From assembly GCA_963772835.1 (NCBI GenBank), contig CAVYYZ010000011.1:320001-384000 (forward strand): a stretch of 64,000 bases of DNA, given 5' to 3'. The position numbers and the translations under genes are program-made. This document shows, in pieces, positions 52,410 to 62,525 of the stretch (within the stretch, counting starts at the first letter, position 1; every line of letters starts with the position of its first letter). The notes below the pieces were generated by a model. The model was not told the DNA's origin. It saw only the letters and a list, made by a program, of their open reading frames with translations, and did no database searches. Origin of the DNA: an uncultured delta proteobacterium (GTDB lineage: Bacteria > Desulfobacterota > Desulfuromonadia > Geobacterales > Pseudopelobacteraceae).

Positions 52410-52790
52410 ATGAAACTCGAAATTATTTCAACTGACAAAGCACCGGCGGCAATCGGTCCATACTCACAGGCCGTAAAATACGGGAACATACTGTTTTGTT
52501 CCGGTCAAATCCCGCTTGATCCTGCCAGCGGAGAATTGGTGACGGGTGATATTACCCGTCAGGCTGAGCAGGTCATGAATAATATCGCTGCTGTGCTGTC
52601 AGAAGCAGGCGCCGGATTTGATGATGTGATTAAAACCACAATATATCTGATTGATATGGCAGATTTTGCTGCGGTGAATGAAGTATACGGTTATCGATTT
52701 CCCGGCCATAAACCGGCCCGTTCCACTGTTGCCGTAAAAGCCCTGCCGCGAGGGGTGCTGCTGGAAATAGAAGTAATCGCCGGTTTATAA
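52410..52790 (+). CDS. RidA family enamine/imine deaminase
   Basis: APAAIGPYSQA, SGQIP, PARS.V.V..LP. Confidence 0.92.
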   Translation: MKLEIISTDKAPAAIGPYSQAVKYGNILFCSGQIPLDPASGELVTGDITRQAEQVMNNIAAVLSEAGAGFDDVIKTTIYLIDMADFAAVNEVYGYRFPGHKPARSTVAVKALPRGVLLEIEVIAGL

Positions 52791-52801
52791 ACGTGGCAAC
52801 G

Positions 52802-52832
52802 AAAAAAAGCCGCACCCGGTGGGGGTGCGGCT
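52802..52832 (-). terminator. Terminator between convergent ridA and rpmB
   Basis: AAAAAAAGCCGCACCC...GGGTGCGGCT. Confidence 0.65.
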
Positions 52833-52910
52833 ACATAGTAAAGTGTGCTCATGCGTTTGAGGCCGTAAAGCGGGTCTCAGGCATAAAAGTGATGGAATGA
52901 ATCCGGTTTA

Positions 52911-53105
52911 CTAAAGAGATTTAGTAACAAATCCTGACCGGATACAACGGGTACAAACCTTAACTGTAGATATGCTGCCGTTGTTTTTGACGGCCTTGAT
53001 TTTTTGGAGATTTGGATACCAGACCGTACGCGTTTTATTGTTTGCATGGCTGACATTGTTTCCAAAGCTGGGGCCTTTACCGCAAATTTCACATTTTCTT
53101 GACAT
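52911..53105 (-). CDS. rpmB: 50S ribosomal protein L28
   Basis: [10 protein letters not shown]...GNNVSHANN...PNLQ...VCTRC. Confidence 0.96.
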   Translation of the reverse strand: MSRKCEICGKGPSFGNNVSHANNKTRTVWYPNLQKIKAVKNNGSISTVKVCTRCIRSGFVTKSL

Positions 53106-53173
53106 ATTGTTGTCCTCCGTTGATTACTGAAAAAATTTTTATAGCAGACTGATGTGATTGTTGCAAGAAAAAT

Positions 53174-53800
53174 ATGGGACAAGGTATGAATATAATCAAA
53201 GCATTCCTCACACTATGTATCATAGGACTGGTTGTTATTGCGGTCCTTTTTATTGATTTTACATATAAAACCTTTTCGTATCGTCAAAAAAATCAGAAAA
53301 CAGATGCAATAGTGGTTTTGACAGGCGGCAAGGGCCGCGTAGAGGAAGGGGTGCGTCTTTTCCGGGAGTCTCAAGCTACTTTTCTCATTTTTGTGGGTGT
53401 CGACCCGTCAGTTAGAAAAAGCGACCTGTATCGACCTAAACCCGGGGATCCTTCTGCAGATAATGTTATTCTTGAAAAATCATCCCGTAATACTCTTGAA
53501 AATTCAATCTTCGGTCGTGACGTTATCGTGAGCAGCGGTGTTCATACTGTACTTTTGATCACTTCTCGCTACCATCTTAAACGCGCATCCATTCTTTTTC
53601 GTAATTCTCTGCCTAAAGATATTACTATAATTCCGTACCCTGTAGATTCTGTAAACCTGAAGGAGTCATGGTGGAGCGATGGTGGCAGCTTTCATTTATT
53701 GTTCCGAGAGTTTTATAAATACTGCATGTTCCGGATGTTTTTTCTTCTGGCACCCGGAGATCTTCGGGAAAGCGTACTGCCGACTGCTGCGGGCGGGTGA
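53174..53800 (+). CDS. YdcF/DUF218 family protein (start may be 53186)
   Basis: N-terminal TM segment, DAIVVLTGG, S.NTLEN, LITSRYHL.RA. Confidence 0.85.
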   Translation: MGQGMNIIKAFLTLCIIGLVVIAVLFIDFTYKTFSYRQKNQKTDAIVVLTGGKGRVEEGVRLFRESQATFLIFVGVDPSVRKSDLYRPKPGDPSADNVILEKSSRNTLENSIFGRDVIVSSGVHTVLLITSRYHLKRASILFRNSLPKDITIIPYPVDSVNLKESWWSDGGSFHLLFREFYKYCMFRMFFLLAPGDLRESVLPTAAGG

Positions 53801-53867
53801 CGCCCCTTTCATATTTTATCGTTATCTGCTATAACCCGCGATATTCTGTGAGCGAAAGGTTTCTATC

Positions 53868-55262
53868 ATGCGTTATATAAGTACCCGTGGCGGAATCACC
53901 CCCATTCCATTCAAAGATGCTGTCATGATGGGACTGGCTTCTGATGGAGGTCTGCTTCTGCCGGAATCCTACCCAACTGTCACCAGAGATCAGCTTGAAT
54001 CCTGGCGCGGACTCACTTATCCGGAGCTGGCATTTAAAATCATATCTTGTTACGTTGATGATATTCCCTCCAACGATCTGAAGGAGTTGATCAATCGTTC
54101 TTATGAGAGCTTTTCTCACCCTGAAGTCACTCCATTAGTCAAAAAAGACGGCGTCTATATTCTCGAGCTGTTTCACGGCGTAACGTTGGCTTTCAAGGAT
54201 GTCGCCCTGCAGTTTCTGGGCAATCTGTTCGAATACATACTCGCGGAACGTAATCAGATATTGAACATCATTGGCGCAACCTCGGGTGATACCGGCAGCG
54301 CTGCTATTCATGGTGTGCGCGGTAAAAAAGGAATTTCAATCTTCATTCTTCATCCGTATGGAAAAACCTCTGCCGTTCAGGCCCTGCAGATGACCTCTGT
54401 TACTGACGCCAATGTTCATAATATTGCTCTGCGCGGCACCTTTGATGATTGTCAGAATATGGTAAAGGAGCTCTTTGGCGATCTTGAATTCAAAGAGAAA
54501 TATTCTCTCGGGGCGGTAAACTCAATTAACTGGGCACGTGTACTGGCACAGGTGGTGTATTATTTTTACGCATGGCTTCGGGTAACCGATGGTTCAGAGG
54601 AAACCGGTAGTCCGGTTCATTTTTCGGTGCCTACCGGAAATTTTGGCGATATTTTTGCCGGTTATGTCGCGAAGAGAATGGGTTTGCCGGCACATACGCT
54701 TTTACTTGCAACCAATGAAAACAATATACTTACCCGCTTCATTAACGCAGCTGATTACTCTCTGGGTGAAGTCGTTGCAACAGTATCGCCATCCATGGAT
54801 ATACAGGTTGCATCAAATTTCGAACGATACCTGTTTCATCTGTTTGCAGAAAACTCTGCTCGTGTAAAAGAAGCGTTCGTCGAACTAAAGGAGCATGGCC
54901 GCATTTTATGCACTTCCGACGAAATGGCTCAGGTTCGAAAAGACTTCTGCTCAGTTTCGGTCAACCAGGCTGCCACGCTTCAGACAATCCGTGATTTTTA
55001 TGGGAATACCGGCTACCTGCTTGATCCTCATACCGCCGTTGGTGTAAAAGCTGCGCTTGATCTTTTACCTCCGGATTCTGCCAGAGTATGTCTTGCCACG
55101 GCTCACCCTGCCAAATTCAGTGAAACTGTAGAGCACACACTCGGAATGCAGGTCCCGGTGCCTGAATCGGTCAAGGAATTATTCGGGAAACCTACCAGAT
55201 GTGAAATCATGGATGCCGACATAGGTAAAGTTCGTGAATTTTTCATTGCCCATATAGGGTAA
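53868..55262 (+). CDS. thrC: Threonine synthase
   Basis: YISTRG, GLA.DGGL, LELFHG.TLAFKD, ATSGDTG, NSINWAR, VPTGNFG, DPHTA, TAHPAKF. Confidence 0.96.
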   Translation: MRYISTRGGITPIPFKDAVMMGLASDGGLLLPESYPTVTRDQLESWRGLTYPELAFKIISCYVDDIPSNDLKELINRSYESFSHPEVTPLVKKDGVYILELFHGVTLAFKDVALQFLGNLFEYILAERNQILNIIGATSGDTGSAAIHGVRGKKGISIFILHPYGKTSAVQALQMTSVTDANVHNIALRGTFDDCQNMVKELFGDLEFKEKYSLGAVNSINWARVLAQVVYYFYAWLRVTDGSEETGSPVHFSVPTGNFGDIFAGYVAKRMGLPAHTLLLATNENNILTRFINAADYSLGEVVATVSPSMDIQVASNFERYLFHLFAENSARVKEAFVELKEHGRILCTSDEMAQVRKDFCSVSVNQAATLQTIRDFYGNTGYLLDPHTAVGVKAALDLLPPDSARVCLATAHPAKFSETVEHTLGMQVPVPESVKELFGKPTRCEIMDADIGKVREFFIAHIG

Positions 55263-55273
55263 CAACCCACACC

Positions 55274-56842
55274 ATGTCAGAAAAACGGCATATAGCCAGG
55301 GCGGCAGGAGTTTTGGGCAGCACGACGATGCTGTCGCGAATCATGGGGATGGTTCGCGACATGGTAGTATCGCGCCTGTTTGGTGCCGGTCTTGCCACAG
55401 ATGCTTTTTTTGCGGCGTTTCAGATTCCAAACATGCTCAGGCGTTTTTTTGCAGAGGGGGCCTTGACGGCCGCTTTTGTTCCAACCTTTTCGGCGATCCT
55501 CACCCAACGTGGAAGCGGGAAGGCCCGCGAACTTGCCAATACCTGCTTCACCCTTCTTACCATCATCATGGCATTTATTACTCTTGCCGGAGTCATTTTT
55601 TCTCCCGTTATTGTTGGTCTGATGTTTCCCGGATTCAAGGCTGAGCCGGGGAAATTAGAACTGACCATTCTCCTTAACCGCTTGATGTTTCCTTATATAT
55701 TCTTTATCAGTCTCGTAGCGCTCTGTATGGGTATCCTTAATACTCTGCGGCATTTTTTTACACCCGCAATATCGACCGTTTTTTTAAATGTCTCCATGAT
55801 TCTTGCGGCTCTGTTCCTGCGTGGTTTCTTTAACGCTCCCATTACTGCTCTGGCTGTCGGAGTTCTGATCGGCGGTTGTATTCAGTTGGTTATGCAGGTG
55901 CCGGTTCTCAGAAGCAAAGGGTATCAGCTTAAACCTAACTTTGATTTTAACAATCCTGAAGTTCGCAGTATTGCCACGTTGATGCTCCCATCTGTTTTCG
56001 GAGTTGGTGTCTACTATCTTAATATTACTGTCAGCGCTATCCTTGCCTCTCTACTCCCGCAGGGGAGCGTTTCGTACCTCTATTATGCACAGCGGCTGTT
56101 CGAATTTCCACAAGGCATATTTACGGTCTCGGTGGCACAGGCGGTTCTGCCGTCAATGAGCAGGCAGGCTGCTGAAGGTGATATTGACGGTATGAAGGAG
56201 ACTCTCTCATTTGGAATGCGCTTGATGCTCTTTATTACCATTCCTGCCATGGCAGGTCTCATGGTCTGTTCAACACCTATTTTCAGTCTGATATTCATGG
56301 GTGGCGCCTTCGATTTTGTTACAGTTATTAACTCCGCTTCGGCACTTCTGTACTATTCTGTAGGACTCTCCTTTGTTGCGTTAACTCGAGTACTGGCGCC
56401 GGTGTTTTATGCGCTGAAGGATACTAAAACCCCTGTCATTACAGCATTTATTGCCTTTATCATTAATTTCTGCTTAAGCCTTTTATTGATGGGCCCGCTC
56501 AAACACGGTGGATTGGCCCTCGCAACGACACTCTCGGCGTTCTGCAATATGCTGATGCTGCTCTGGCTCCTCAGGCGAAAGATCGGTTCTTTTGGCGGGA
56601 ACAGGATCATGATGACCGCTCTGAAATCGAGCGCTGCATCAATTCCAATGTCTGCTGCAGTCTGGTATGGCTGTTCTTTTATCGATTGGTCTCAGGATGG
56701 GCATAAGATGTTGAAAGGTGCTGTTCTGGGAGGTTCCATCATCTGCGGAAGTGCAGTCTATTTCTTATTAGCGAAACTTTTCCGTTCCGAAGAAGCGCTG
56801 GAGTCGGTAGCACTGTTGCGGAGTAAACTACTAAAAGGGTAA
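55274..56842 (+). CDS. murJ: Lipid II flippase MurJ (MviN)
   Basis: SRIMGMVRD, AFQIPNMLRRFFAEGA, YYAQRLFEFP, FYALKDTKTP. Confidence 0.96.
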   Translation: MSEKRHIARAAGVLGSTTMLSRIMGMVRDMVVSRLFGAGLATDAFFAAFQIPNMLRRFFAEGALTAAFVPTFSAILTQRGSGKARELANTCFTLLTIIMAFITLAGVIFSPVIVGLMFPGFKAEPGKLELTILLNRLMFPYIFFISLVALCMGILNTLRHFFTPAISTVFLNVSMILAALFLRGFFNAPITALAVGVLIGGCIQLVMQVPVLRSKGYQLKPNFDFNNPEVRSIATLMLPSVFGVGVYYLNITVSAILASLLPQGSVSYLYYAQRLFEFPQGIFTVSVAQAVLPSMSRQAAEGDIDGMKETLSFGMRLMLFITIPAMAGLMVCSTPIFSLIFMGGAFDFVTVINSASALLYYSVGLSFVALTRVLAPVFYALKDTKTPVITAFIAFIINFCLSLLLMGPLKHGGLALATTLSAFCNMLMLLWLLRRKIGSFGGNRIMMTALKSSAASIPMSAAVWYGCSFIDWSQDGHKMLKGAVLGGSIICGSAVYFLLAKLFRSEEALESVALLRSKLLKG

Positions 56843-57171
56843 CCGGTGGTTCCATGTATTGTATCCAGCCGTATTACCTGCTGCATCAAGCGGGTTTCAG
56901 TCCGGTTTAACCGGAGAGGGTGCGACGCTGCTAAAAACACTTTTAAGATGGAACGTGCTGAATTCATTGGGGTGCTCGGAATTGTAATTCAGATGGTTAT
57001 GCACAGGTTTACGCTCTCATAAAAAAAATTTATAGTGATAAAAGAGCTTGACAGCGTAACCAGCTACTTTTACTGACAATGATTGTAACTATCCGAAATC
57101 ATAGAAAAAATATGCTGTATAAAAAAACGGCATTTAGTACAAAACACGTGCTAAAATATCACTTACGAATA

Positions 57172-57217
57172 TCGTCAACATTGTTGTCAACAGGTTATCC
57201 ACATATTTTGTGGATAA
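57172..57217. promoter_or_regulatory. DnaA-box cluster: two perfect inverted boxes plus degenerate boxes
   Basis: TTATCCACA (57195-57203), 5 bp, TGTGGATAA (57209-57217); degenerate TTGTCAACA (57184-57192) and TCGTCAACA (57172-57180); also TTATGCACA at 56997-57005. Confidence 0.7.
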
Positions 57218-57258
57218 TAACAACAACCTAGCAAAAACAGTTATTTCGCGTTATTTAA

Positions 57259-58053
57259 TTAAAACTTACTATTGCGTTCGACGCTTTTTGCCATTTCCCA
57301 TAACACGTCCATCTCCTCAAGGGTGGCATTTTGCATATGCACTCCCTGACGGAACAGTTCTGCTTCTACAAAGCTGAAGCGCTTTTGGAAGCGGGATATG
57401 GTTTTACGAAGAGCTTCTTCGGGATTGAGAGATAAATATCTCCCCAAATTTGCAATAGCAAACAGCAAATCTCCCAACTCATCTTCCATCTTTGTTGGAT
57501 CTCCATCCGCCCAGGCTTCTTCGAATTCATGCAGTTCTTCCAGAACTTTTGCAAATACCTGGTCTGAATGTTCCCAGTCAAAACCGACTCGGGAAGCTTT
57601 TTCACTGATTTTATGAGCCTTCAGGAGGGCAGGAAGGTGATCAGGAACTCCTGAAAGAGCTGATGGTCGTTCGTCCCCTTTCTCAATTCGTTTGATATTT
57701 TCCCAGTTTTCAATCTGTTGGTTGCTGTCCTTGATCTCAAGATCGCCAAAAACATGGGGGTGTCGCCTGATCATTTTATCAATCAGCGTGCTGATAACAT
57801 CATAGATAGTAAAATCACCGGACTCCTCAGCAATAGCGGCGTGGAAAATAGGTTGAAGAAGCAGATCACCCAACTCTTCTTTCAGATGCTGAGGAGATTT
57901 CTCATCGATAGCTTCAATAACTTCGTAGGTTTCCTCCAACAGATAGCGGGTCAGGCTTTCATGTGTTTGCTCCGCGTCCCATGGGCAGCCGCCTGGTGCG
58001 CGCAATTTTCTCATTATGTCCAGAAGTTGTTCAAAGGAATTGAGAGAGTTCAT
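57259..58053 (-). CDS. mazG: Nucleoside triphosphate pyrophosphohydrolase
   Basis: LR.PGGCPWD.EQTH, EELGDLL, RRHPHVF, VGFDW, second EELHE/DELGDLLF domain. Confidence 0.96.
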   Translation of the reverse strand: MNSLNSFEQLLDIMRKLRAPGGCPWDAEQTHESLTRYLLEETYEVIEAIDEKSPQHLKEELGDLLLQPIFHAAIAEESGDFTIYDVISTLIDKMIRRHPHVFGDLEIKDSNQQIENWENIKRIEKGDERPSALSGVPDHLPALLKAHKISEKASRVGFDWEHSDQVFAKVLEELHEFEEAWADGDPTKMEDELGDLLFAIANLGRYLSLNPEEALRKTISRFQKRFSFVEAELFRQGVHMQNATLEEMDVLWEMAKSVERNSKF

Positions 58054-58210
58054 AGTTGTTCCCTTTCGATGATATTACTTTTACCGACACAGATATGCCC
58101 GCTGTGAATAACATTGTCAATGAAACAGGTTGAAATTAAGTGGACAATGCGTGTCAAAGAATATTATGTTCCACGCTTAAGTCCACTCTGTCCATGTGCA
58201 GGAATAGTGT

Positions 58211-60535
58211 ATGGTTACCGTCAGGTTATCAGAAAAAAATTCTATTACAATTCCTTCCGAAATTCTGAACCAACTTGGTATAGAGCCAGGTGATGCTTTT
58301 GAAGTAGAAGAGTTAAACGGTGGTTTTATTGCCAGGCCTGTTCGTGTAGGGCCTGTTACTAAAACATCCTCTGCAGTGGCAGCAGTTGACGGTAACTACC
58401 TGAAAGATGATATCTCCCGCAAGAATCTCGAGGTCGGCATCCAGCATATTAAAGGAATAGGACCAAAGCTTGCTGCTCTCCTCGAAAAAAAAGAGATACG
58501 TACAGTTGAGGACGCACTCTATCTACTGCCGCTCCGCTATGAAGACCGCCGTGAGTTGACGCCGATTTCGTCACTCAGCCCCGGCCGGAGTGCGGTATTT
58601 TTTGGCAAGGTTCTGTCCGCTGACGCCGGCACAACAAAGGGCGGACGGCGGGTATTTGAGGCGCTGGTGCAGGATGAGAGCGGCTCAATCGTCTTCAAGT
58701 GGTTTCATGCCAATAGTGTCTGGATGAAACGTACCTGGAAAATCGGACGAGCCGGTGTTTTTTGCGGTGAAGTTAATCAGTTCGGATATCAGAGAGAGGT
58801 ACATCATCCCGATGTAGAATGGCTGCCTGAAGGAGCCAGTCTGAATTCACTGCTTGATTCTGACCCCGCAAATTTCGGGCGAATAGTTCCCGTCTATCCA
58901 CTCACAGAGGGGATACATCAGAAGACGATGCGACGTGTTATGCGCGAAGTCGTCAATGGTTTTCTGCAGAACATAATAAGTGTTGTACCTGCAGAACTAT
59001 ATCCCGCGCAGATTCCTACTCTCCGGGAAGCGCTTGGTCAGGTGCATGTACCACCACCTGAAGCGGACATTGCCGATCTGAATGACGGAACTACACCGGC
59101 TCATCAGACCCTCGTATTTGACGAATTTTTTTTCTGGGAATTGGGGCTTGCTCTTAAGAAGCAGGGGGTGCTGAAGGAAAATGGGATAGCCTTTCAGGTA
59201 ACTCACCGCTATACCAAAGAACTGGTCCGCCTGATCCCTTTTGAACTGACATCGGCTCAGCGGCGGGTGCTGGCGGAAATTAAAGCAGATATGATGGCAC
59301 CGCATCCAATGCATCGTCTGGTTCAGGGTGATGTGGGAAGCGGCAAAACGCTTGTGGCTCTGATGGCAGCTTTGATCGCTGTTGAGAACGATTATCAGGT
59401 GGCCATCATGGCGCCGACCGAAATCCTGGCTGAACAGCACTGGCACACGATTCACCGCTGGTGCGCACAGATGGGGGTGGAAGTGATGCTGATAACGTCC
59501 AGCCTCAAGGGCATCGCCAAAAAAAAAGCGCTGGAGAGAATTGCCGCCGGCAGTGTCAGGATCGTCATCGGTACTCACGCGGTTATTCAGGAGAAAGTTG
59601 AATTTGCGAAACTAGGGCTGGGGGTGATCGATGAACAGCATCGTTTCGGAGTCCTGCAGCGTGGTCTCCTGAAAAAGAAGGGCCTCAACCCTGATATCCT
59701 GGTCATGACAGCCACCCCGATACCTCGCACCCTCGCCCTTACGCTGTTCGGAGACCTTGATTTGTCGGTAATAGATGAAATGCCTCCGGGAAGGATTCCT
59801 GTTGAGACCAGGGTTTTTTTTGAATCACGTCGCTCGCAACTCTATGGTATGATGCTGGATGAAGTCCGGTTAGGGCGGCAGGTCTATGTGATATATCCGT
59901 TAGTCGAAGAGACTGAAAAATCGGATCTGAAAGCTGCCAGTCAAATGGCAGAACATTTACAGACAGATATTTTTCCCGAATTACGAGTTGGACTGCTGCA
60001 TGGCAGGTTGAGCCCGCTTGAAAAGGAAGCGGTAATGGCCTCCTTTACGGCGCGTGAATTTGATATTCTGGTTTCGACAACCGTCATCGAAGTCGGTATC
60101 GATGTCCCGAATGCTTCCATGATGGTGATTGAACACGCGGAACGTTTCGGTCTATCTCAGCTGCATCAGTTGCGGGGCAGAGTAGGGCGCGGAAAAGAAA
60201 AATCATATTGCATATTGATGACAACAGGAAAAACCTCTGAAGTTGGTGAAAAACGCCTGAGGGTTATGGAATCGACCGGCGACGGTTTCCGGATTGCAGA
60301 AGCCGACCTGGAAATCAGGGGGGCCGGCGATTTCCTCGGCACCCGCCAGGCGGGTATTCCTGATTTCAGAATTGCCAATATTTTGCGAGACGGCTTTTTG
60401 CTGGAAAGAGCGCGTAAAGCAGCTTTTGACCTGCTGGAAAGCGATCCGCAACTTACCTGTCCGTCTCATGTGCCGATATATGATGAACTGCTGCGCCGCT
60501 GGGGCAAGCGGCTGGAACTAGCGACAATAGGATAG
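58211..60535 (+). CDS. recG: ATP-dependent DNA helicase RecG with an N-terminal AbrB/MazE-like domain
   Basis: KGIGPK, PLRYEDR, PVYPLTEG, QGDVGSGKT, MAPTEILAEQH, DEQHRFG, MTATPIPRT, QLHQLRGRVGR, DLEIRG.GD. Confidence 0.96.
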   Translation: MVTVRLSEKNSITIPSEILNQLGIEPGDAFEVEELNGGFIARPVRVGPVTKTSSAVAAVDGNYLKDDISRKNLEVGIQHIKGIGPKLAALLEKKEIRTVEDALYLLPLRYEDRRELTPISSLSPGRSAVFFGKVLSADAGTTKGGRRVFEALVQDESGSIVFKWFHANSVWMKRTWKIGRAGVFCGEVNQFGYQREVHHPDVEWLPEGASLNSLLDSDPANFGRIVPVYPLTEGIHQKTMRRVMREVVNGFLQNIISVVPAELYPAQIPTLREALGQVHVPPPEADIADLNDGTTPAHQTLVFDEFFFWELGLALKKQGVLKENGIAFQVTHRYTKELVRLIPFELTSAQRRVLAEIKADMMAPHPMHRLVQGDVGSGKTLVALMAALIAVENDYQVAIMAPTEILAEQHWHTIHRWCAQMGVEVMLITSSLKGIAKKKALERIAAGSVRIVIGTHAVIQEKVEFAKLGLGVIDEQHRFGVLQRGLLKKKGLNPDILVMTATPIPRTLALTLFGDLDLSVIDEMPPGRIPVETRVFFESRRSQLYGMMLDEVRLGRQVYVIYPLVEETEKSDLKAASQMAEHLQTDIFPELRVGLLHGRLSPLEKEAVMASFTAREFDILVSTTVIEVGIDVPNASMMVIEHAERFGLSQLHQLRGRVGRGKEKSYCILMTTGKTSEVGEKRLRVMESTGDGFRIAEADLEIRGAGDFLGTRQAGIPDFRIANILRDGFLLERARKAAFDLLESDPQLTCPSHVPIYDELLRRWGKRLELATIG

Positions 60536-60543
60536 GGTCGGCA

Positions 60544-61518
60544 ATGAAGATTGTTACTGGTAAAAATATATATGATAAGATCCTTGATGCGTCTTGTGTT
60601 ACTATCGGCAACTTTGATGGTGTTCATCGAGGGCATGCGGAAATTTTTGCTCACCTTAAGCACAATAGCATTATTCGCGGCCTCCCCTCCGTTGTTGTTA
60701 CATTTGAGCCGCACCCGTTAAAGGTTCTGGCTCCCGGGTCAGCTCCCTCCCTGATTACTACTTTTGAACAAAAATGCACGCTGATTGCGGAATCCGGTAT
60801 TGACTATCTGGTTGTTATCCCATTTACTAAAGAATTTTCACAGCTTTCTGCGAATGATTTTGTTTTCGATATTCTCTGCACTCCACTTGGTATGCGGCAT
60901 ATCATTATCGGTCATGATTATGCGTTTGGCAGGGGACGGGAAGGAACTTTCGAAACGCTGCAAAAACTGGGCGCTCTACACATGTTTACCCTTGAAGATC
61001 TCCCCCCCATCGGAGAAGCGGGGGTTGTCTTCAGCAGCAGTCTGGTGAGATCAACCGTATCAGAAGGAGATATGGCAGCAACAGCGAGAATTCTGGGCCG
61101 CTATTACCAGATTTCCGGGACTGTCGTGCATGGCCATGAAATTGGCCACAAGCTCGGCTTTCCGACAGCAAATATATCGACAATTAACGAACTGATCCCT
61201 TCGGATGGCGTGTATGCAGTAATGGTTGAAGTTGATGGCAAACGGGTTAAAGGTGCCTGTAATATCGGCTGTAATCCAACTTTTGGTGAGAACACGCGGA
61301 CTATTGAGGTTTTTCTGCTGGATTTTTCTGAACACATTTATGATTGCGGGATTATTATTCACTTTGTGCAGCGACTGCGACCGGTACTCAAATTTCCTGA
61401 CGTTGCCGCGCTGAAAAGTGCAATCAGCCAGGATGTTATAAACAGCCGCGTCATTCTGGAAAATATTGATAAAAACTATCTTAAGCCTAACAGCGGAACG
61501 GAATGCAGTGAGCACTAA
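60544..61518 (+). CDS. ribF: Bifunctional riboflavin kinase / FAD synthetase
   Basis: IGNFDGVHRGH, TFEPHP, GHDYAFG, LGFPTAN, GVYA, NIG.NPTF. Confidence 0.96.
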   Translation: MKIVTGKNIYDKILDASCVTIGNFDGVHRGHAEIFAHLKHNSIIRGLPSVVVTFEPHPLKVLAPGSAPSLITTFEQKCTLIAESGIDYLVVIPFTKEFSQLSANDFVFDILCTPLGMRHIIIGHDYAFGRGREGTFETLQKLGALHMFTLEDLPPIGEAGVVFSSSLVRSTVSEGDMAATARILGRYYQISGTVVHGHEIGHKLGFPTANISTINELIPSDGVYAVMVEVDGKRVKGACNIGCNPTFGENTRTIEVFLLDFSEHIYDCGIIIHFVQRLRPVLKFPDVAALKSAISQDVINSRVILENIDKNYLKPNSGTECSEH

Positions 61519-62524
61519 AATTAATCTTAAATTCTGGCTTGGGATTGCCGTCAGTGCTTTTTTCATGGCTCTGCTGTTCAGGAAAATTGATTTTAACCAA
61601 CTGGTTTCAGCCCTTGTTTCTGTCGATTATCGCTTTATTCTTCTGGCGGTTGCATCTACCTTTATCAGTTATTTTTTGAGGGCTGTTCGCTGGCGTTATC
61701 TTCTCATTCCCGAGAAGCATATTCCCCTTACCTCTTTGTATCCGGCCACAATTATTGGTTACATGGCAAACAATCTGCTTCCGGCCCGCCTCGGTGAATT
61801 TGTACGTGCATATGTACTGGCACAGCGGGAAGGGTTGCAAACCCCGACCGTTTTTGCTTCGCTGGTCATTGACCGTCTTTTCGACGGATTTACGGTTCTG
61901 CTGATTTTGTTGTTAACGTTGTTCACCCTGAAGCTGCCCGAGGGATTGGCCGATGCTGCGACGCTATTGCGTACCGGTGGAATTGTCATGTTTGTTCTGT
62001 ATGCGGCAGTTGTTGCTTTTCTGATTCTGTTGAAGAGCCAGACAATGCGGACTCTTGCATGGACAGGAATTATACTGAAACCTTTTCCACAACGTTTTTC
62101 AGACCGGCTTATACCTTTGCTTGGTTCTTTTATAAGCGGGATCAGGATCTCTTCAAAGGGTGGGCATATTGCAGCGGTGCTGGCGACCTCACTGAGTATC
62201 TGGGTGTTTTGTATTATTCCGGTGGATATGGTATTGCGGGGTTTTGGTCTCCATCTCCCCATTGCCGCTTCCATGTTCATACTGGTGCTGCTTGTTTTTG
62301 CCGTGATGGTGCCGGCTTCGCCCGGATTTATCGGCACCTACCATTATGCCTGTTTCAAGGGGCTTTCTGCGTTTGATATTGCAGGACCTACCGCTGTCAG
62401 TATTGCGCTTGTTCTTCACGCCATCGGGTTTTTTCCGGTTATTATTGCGGGTTTTTTCCATCTCTGGCAGAGCAAGATGAGTCTGAGAGGATTGCGTAAT
62501 GCCGGTTCCAGGCAGGGAAAGTGA
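61508..62524 (+). CDS. Lysylphosphatidylglycerol synthase TM-domain (UPF0104, flippase-like) protein
   Basis: RA.RW, IGYMANNLLPARLGEFVRA, DRLFD, P.SPGFIG. GTG start at 61508 assumed. Confidence 0.85.
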   Translation: MSTKINLKFWLGIAVSAFFMALLFRKIDFNQLVSALVSVDYRFILLAVASTFISYFLRAVRWRYLLIPEKHIPLTSLYPATIIGYMANNLLPARLGEFVRAYVLAQREGLQTPTVFASLVIDRLFDGFTVLLILLLTLFTLKLPEGLADAATLLRTGGIVMFVLYAAVVAFLILLKSQTMRTLAWTGIILKPFPQRFSDRLIPLLGSFISGIRISSKGGHIAAVLATSLSIWVFCIIPVDMVLRGFGLHLPIAASMFILVLLVFAVMVPASPGFIGTYHYACFKGLSAFDIAGPTAVSIALVLHAIGFFPVIIAGFFHLWQSKMSLRGLRNAGSRQGK

Positions 62525-62525
62525 A

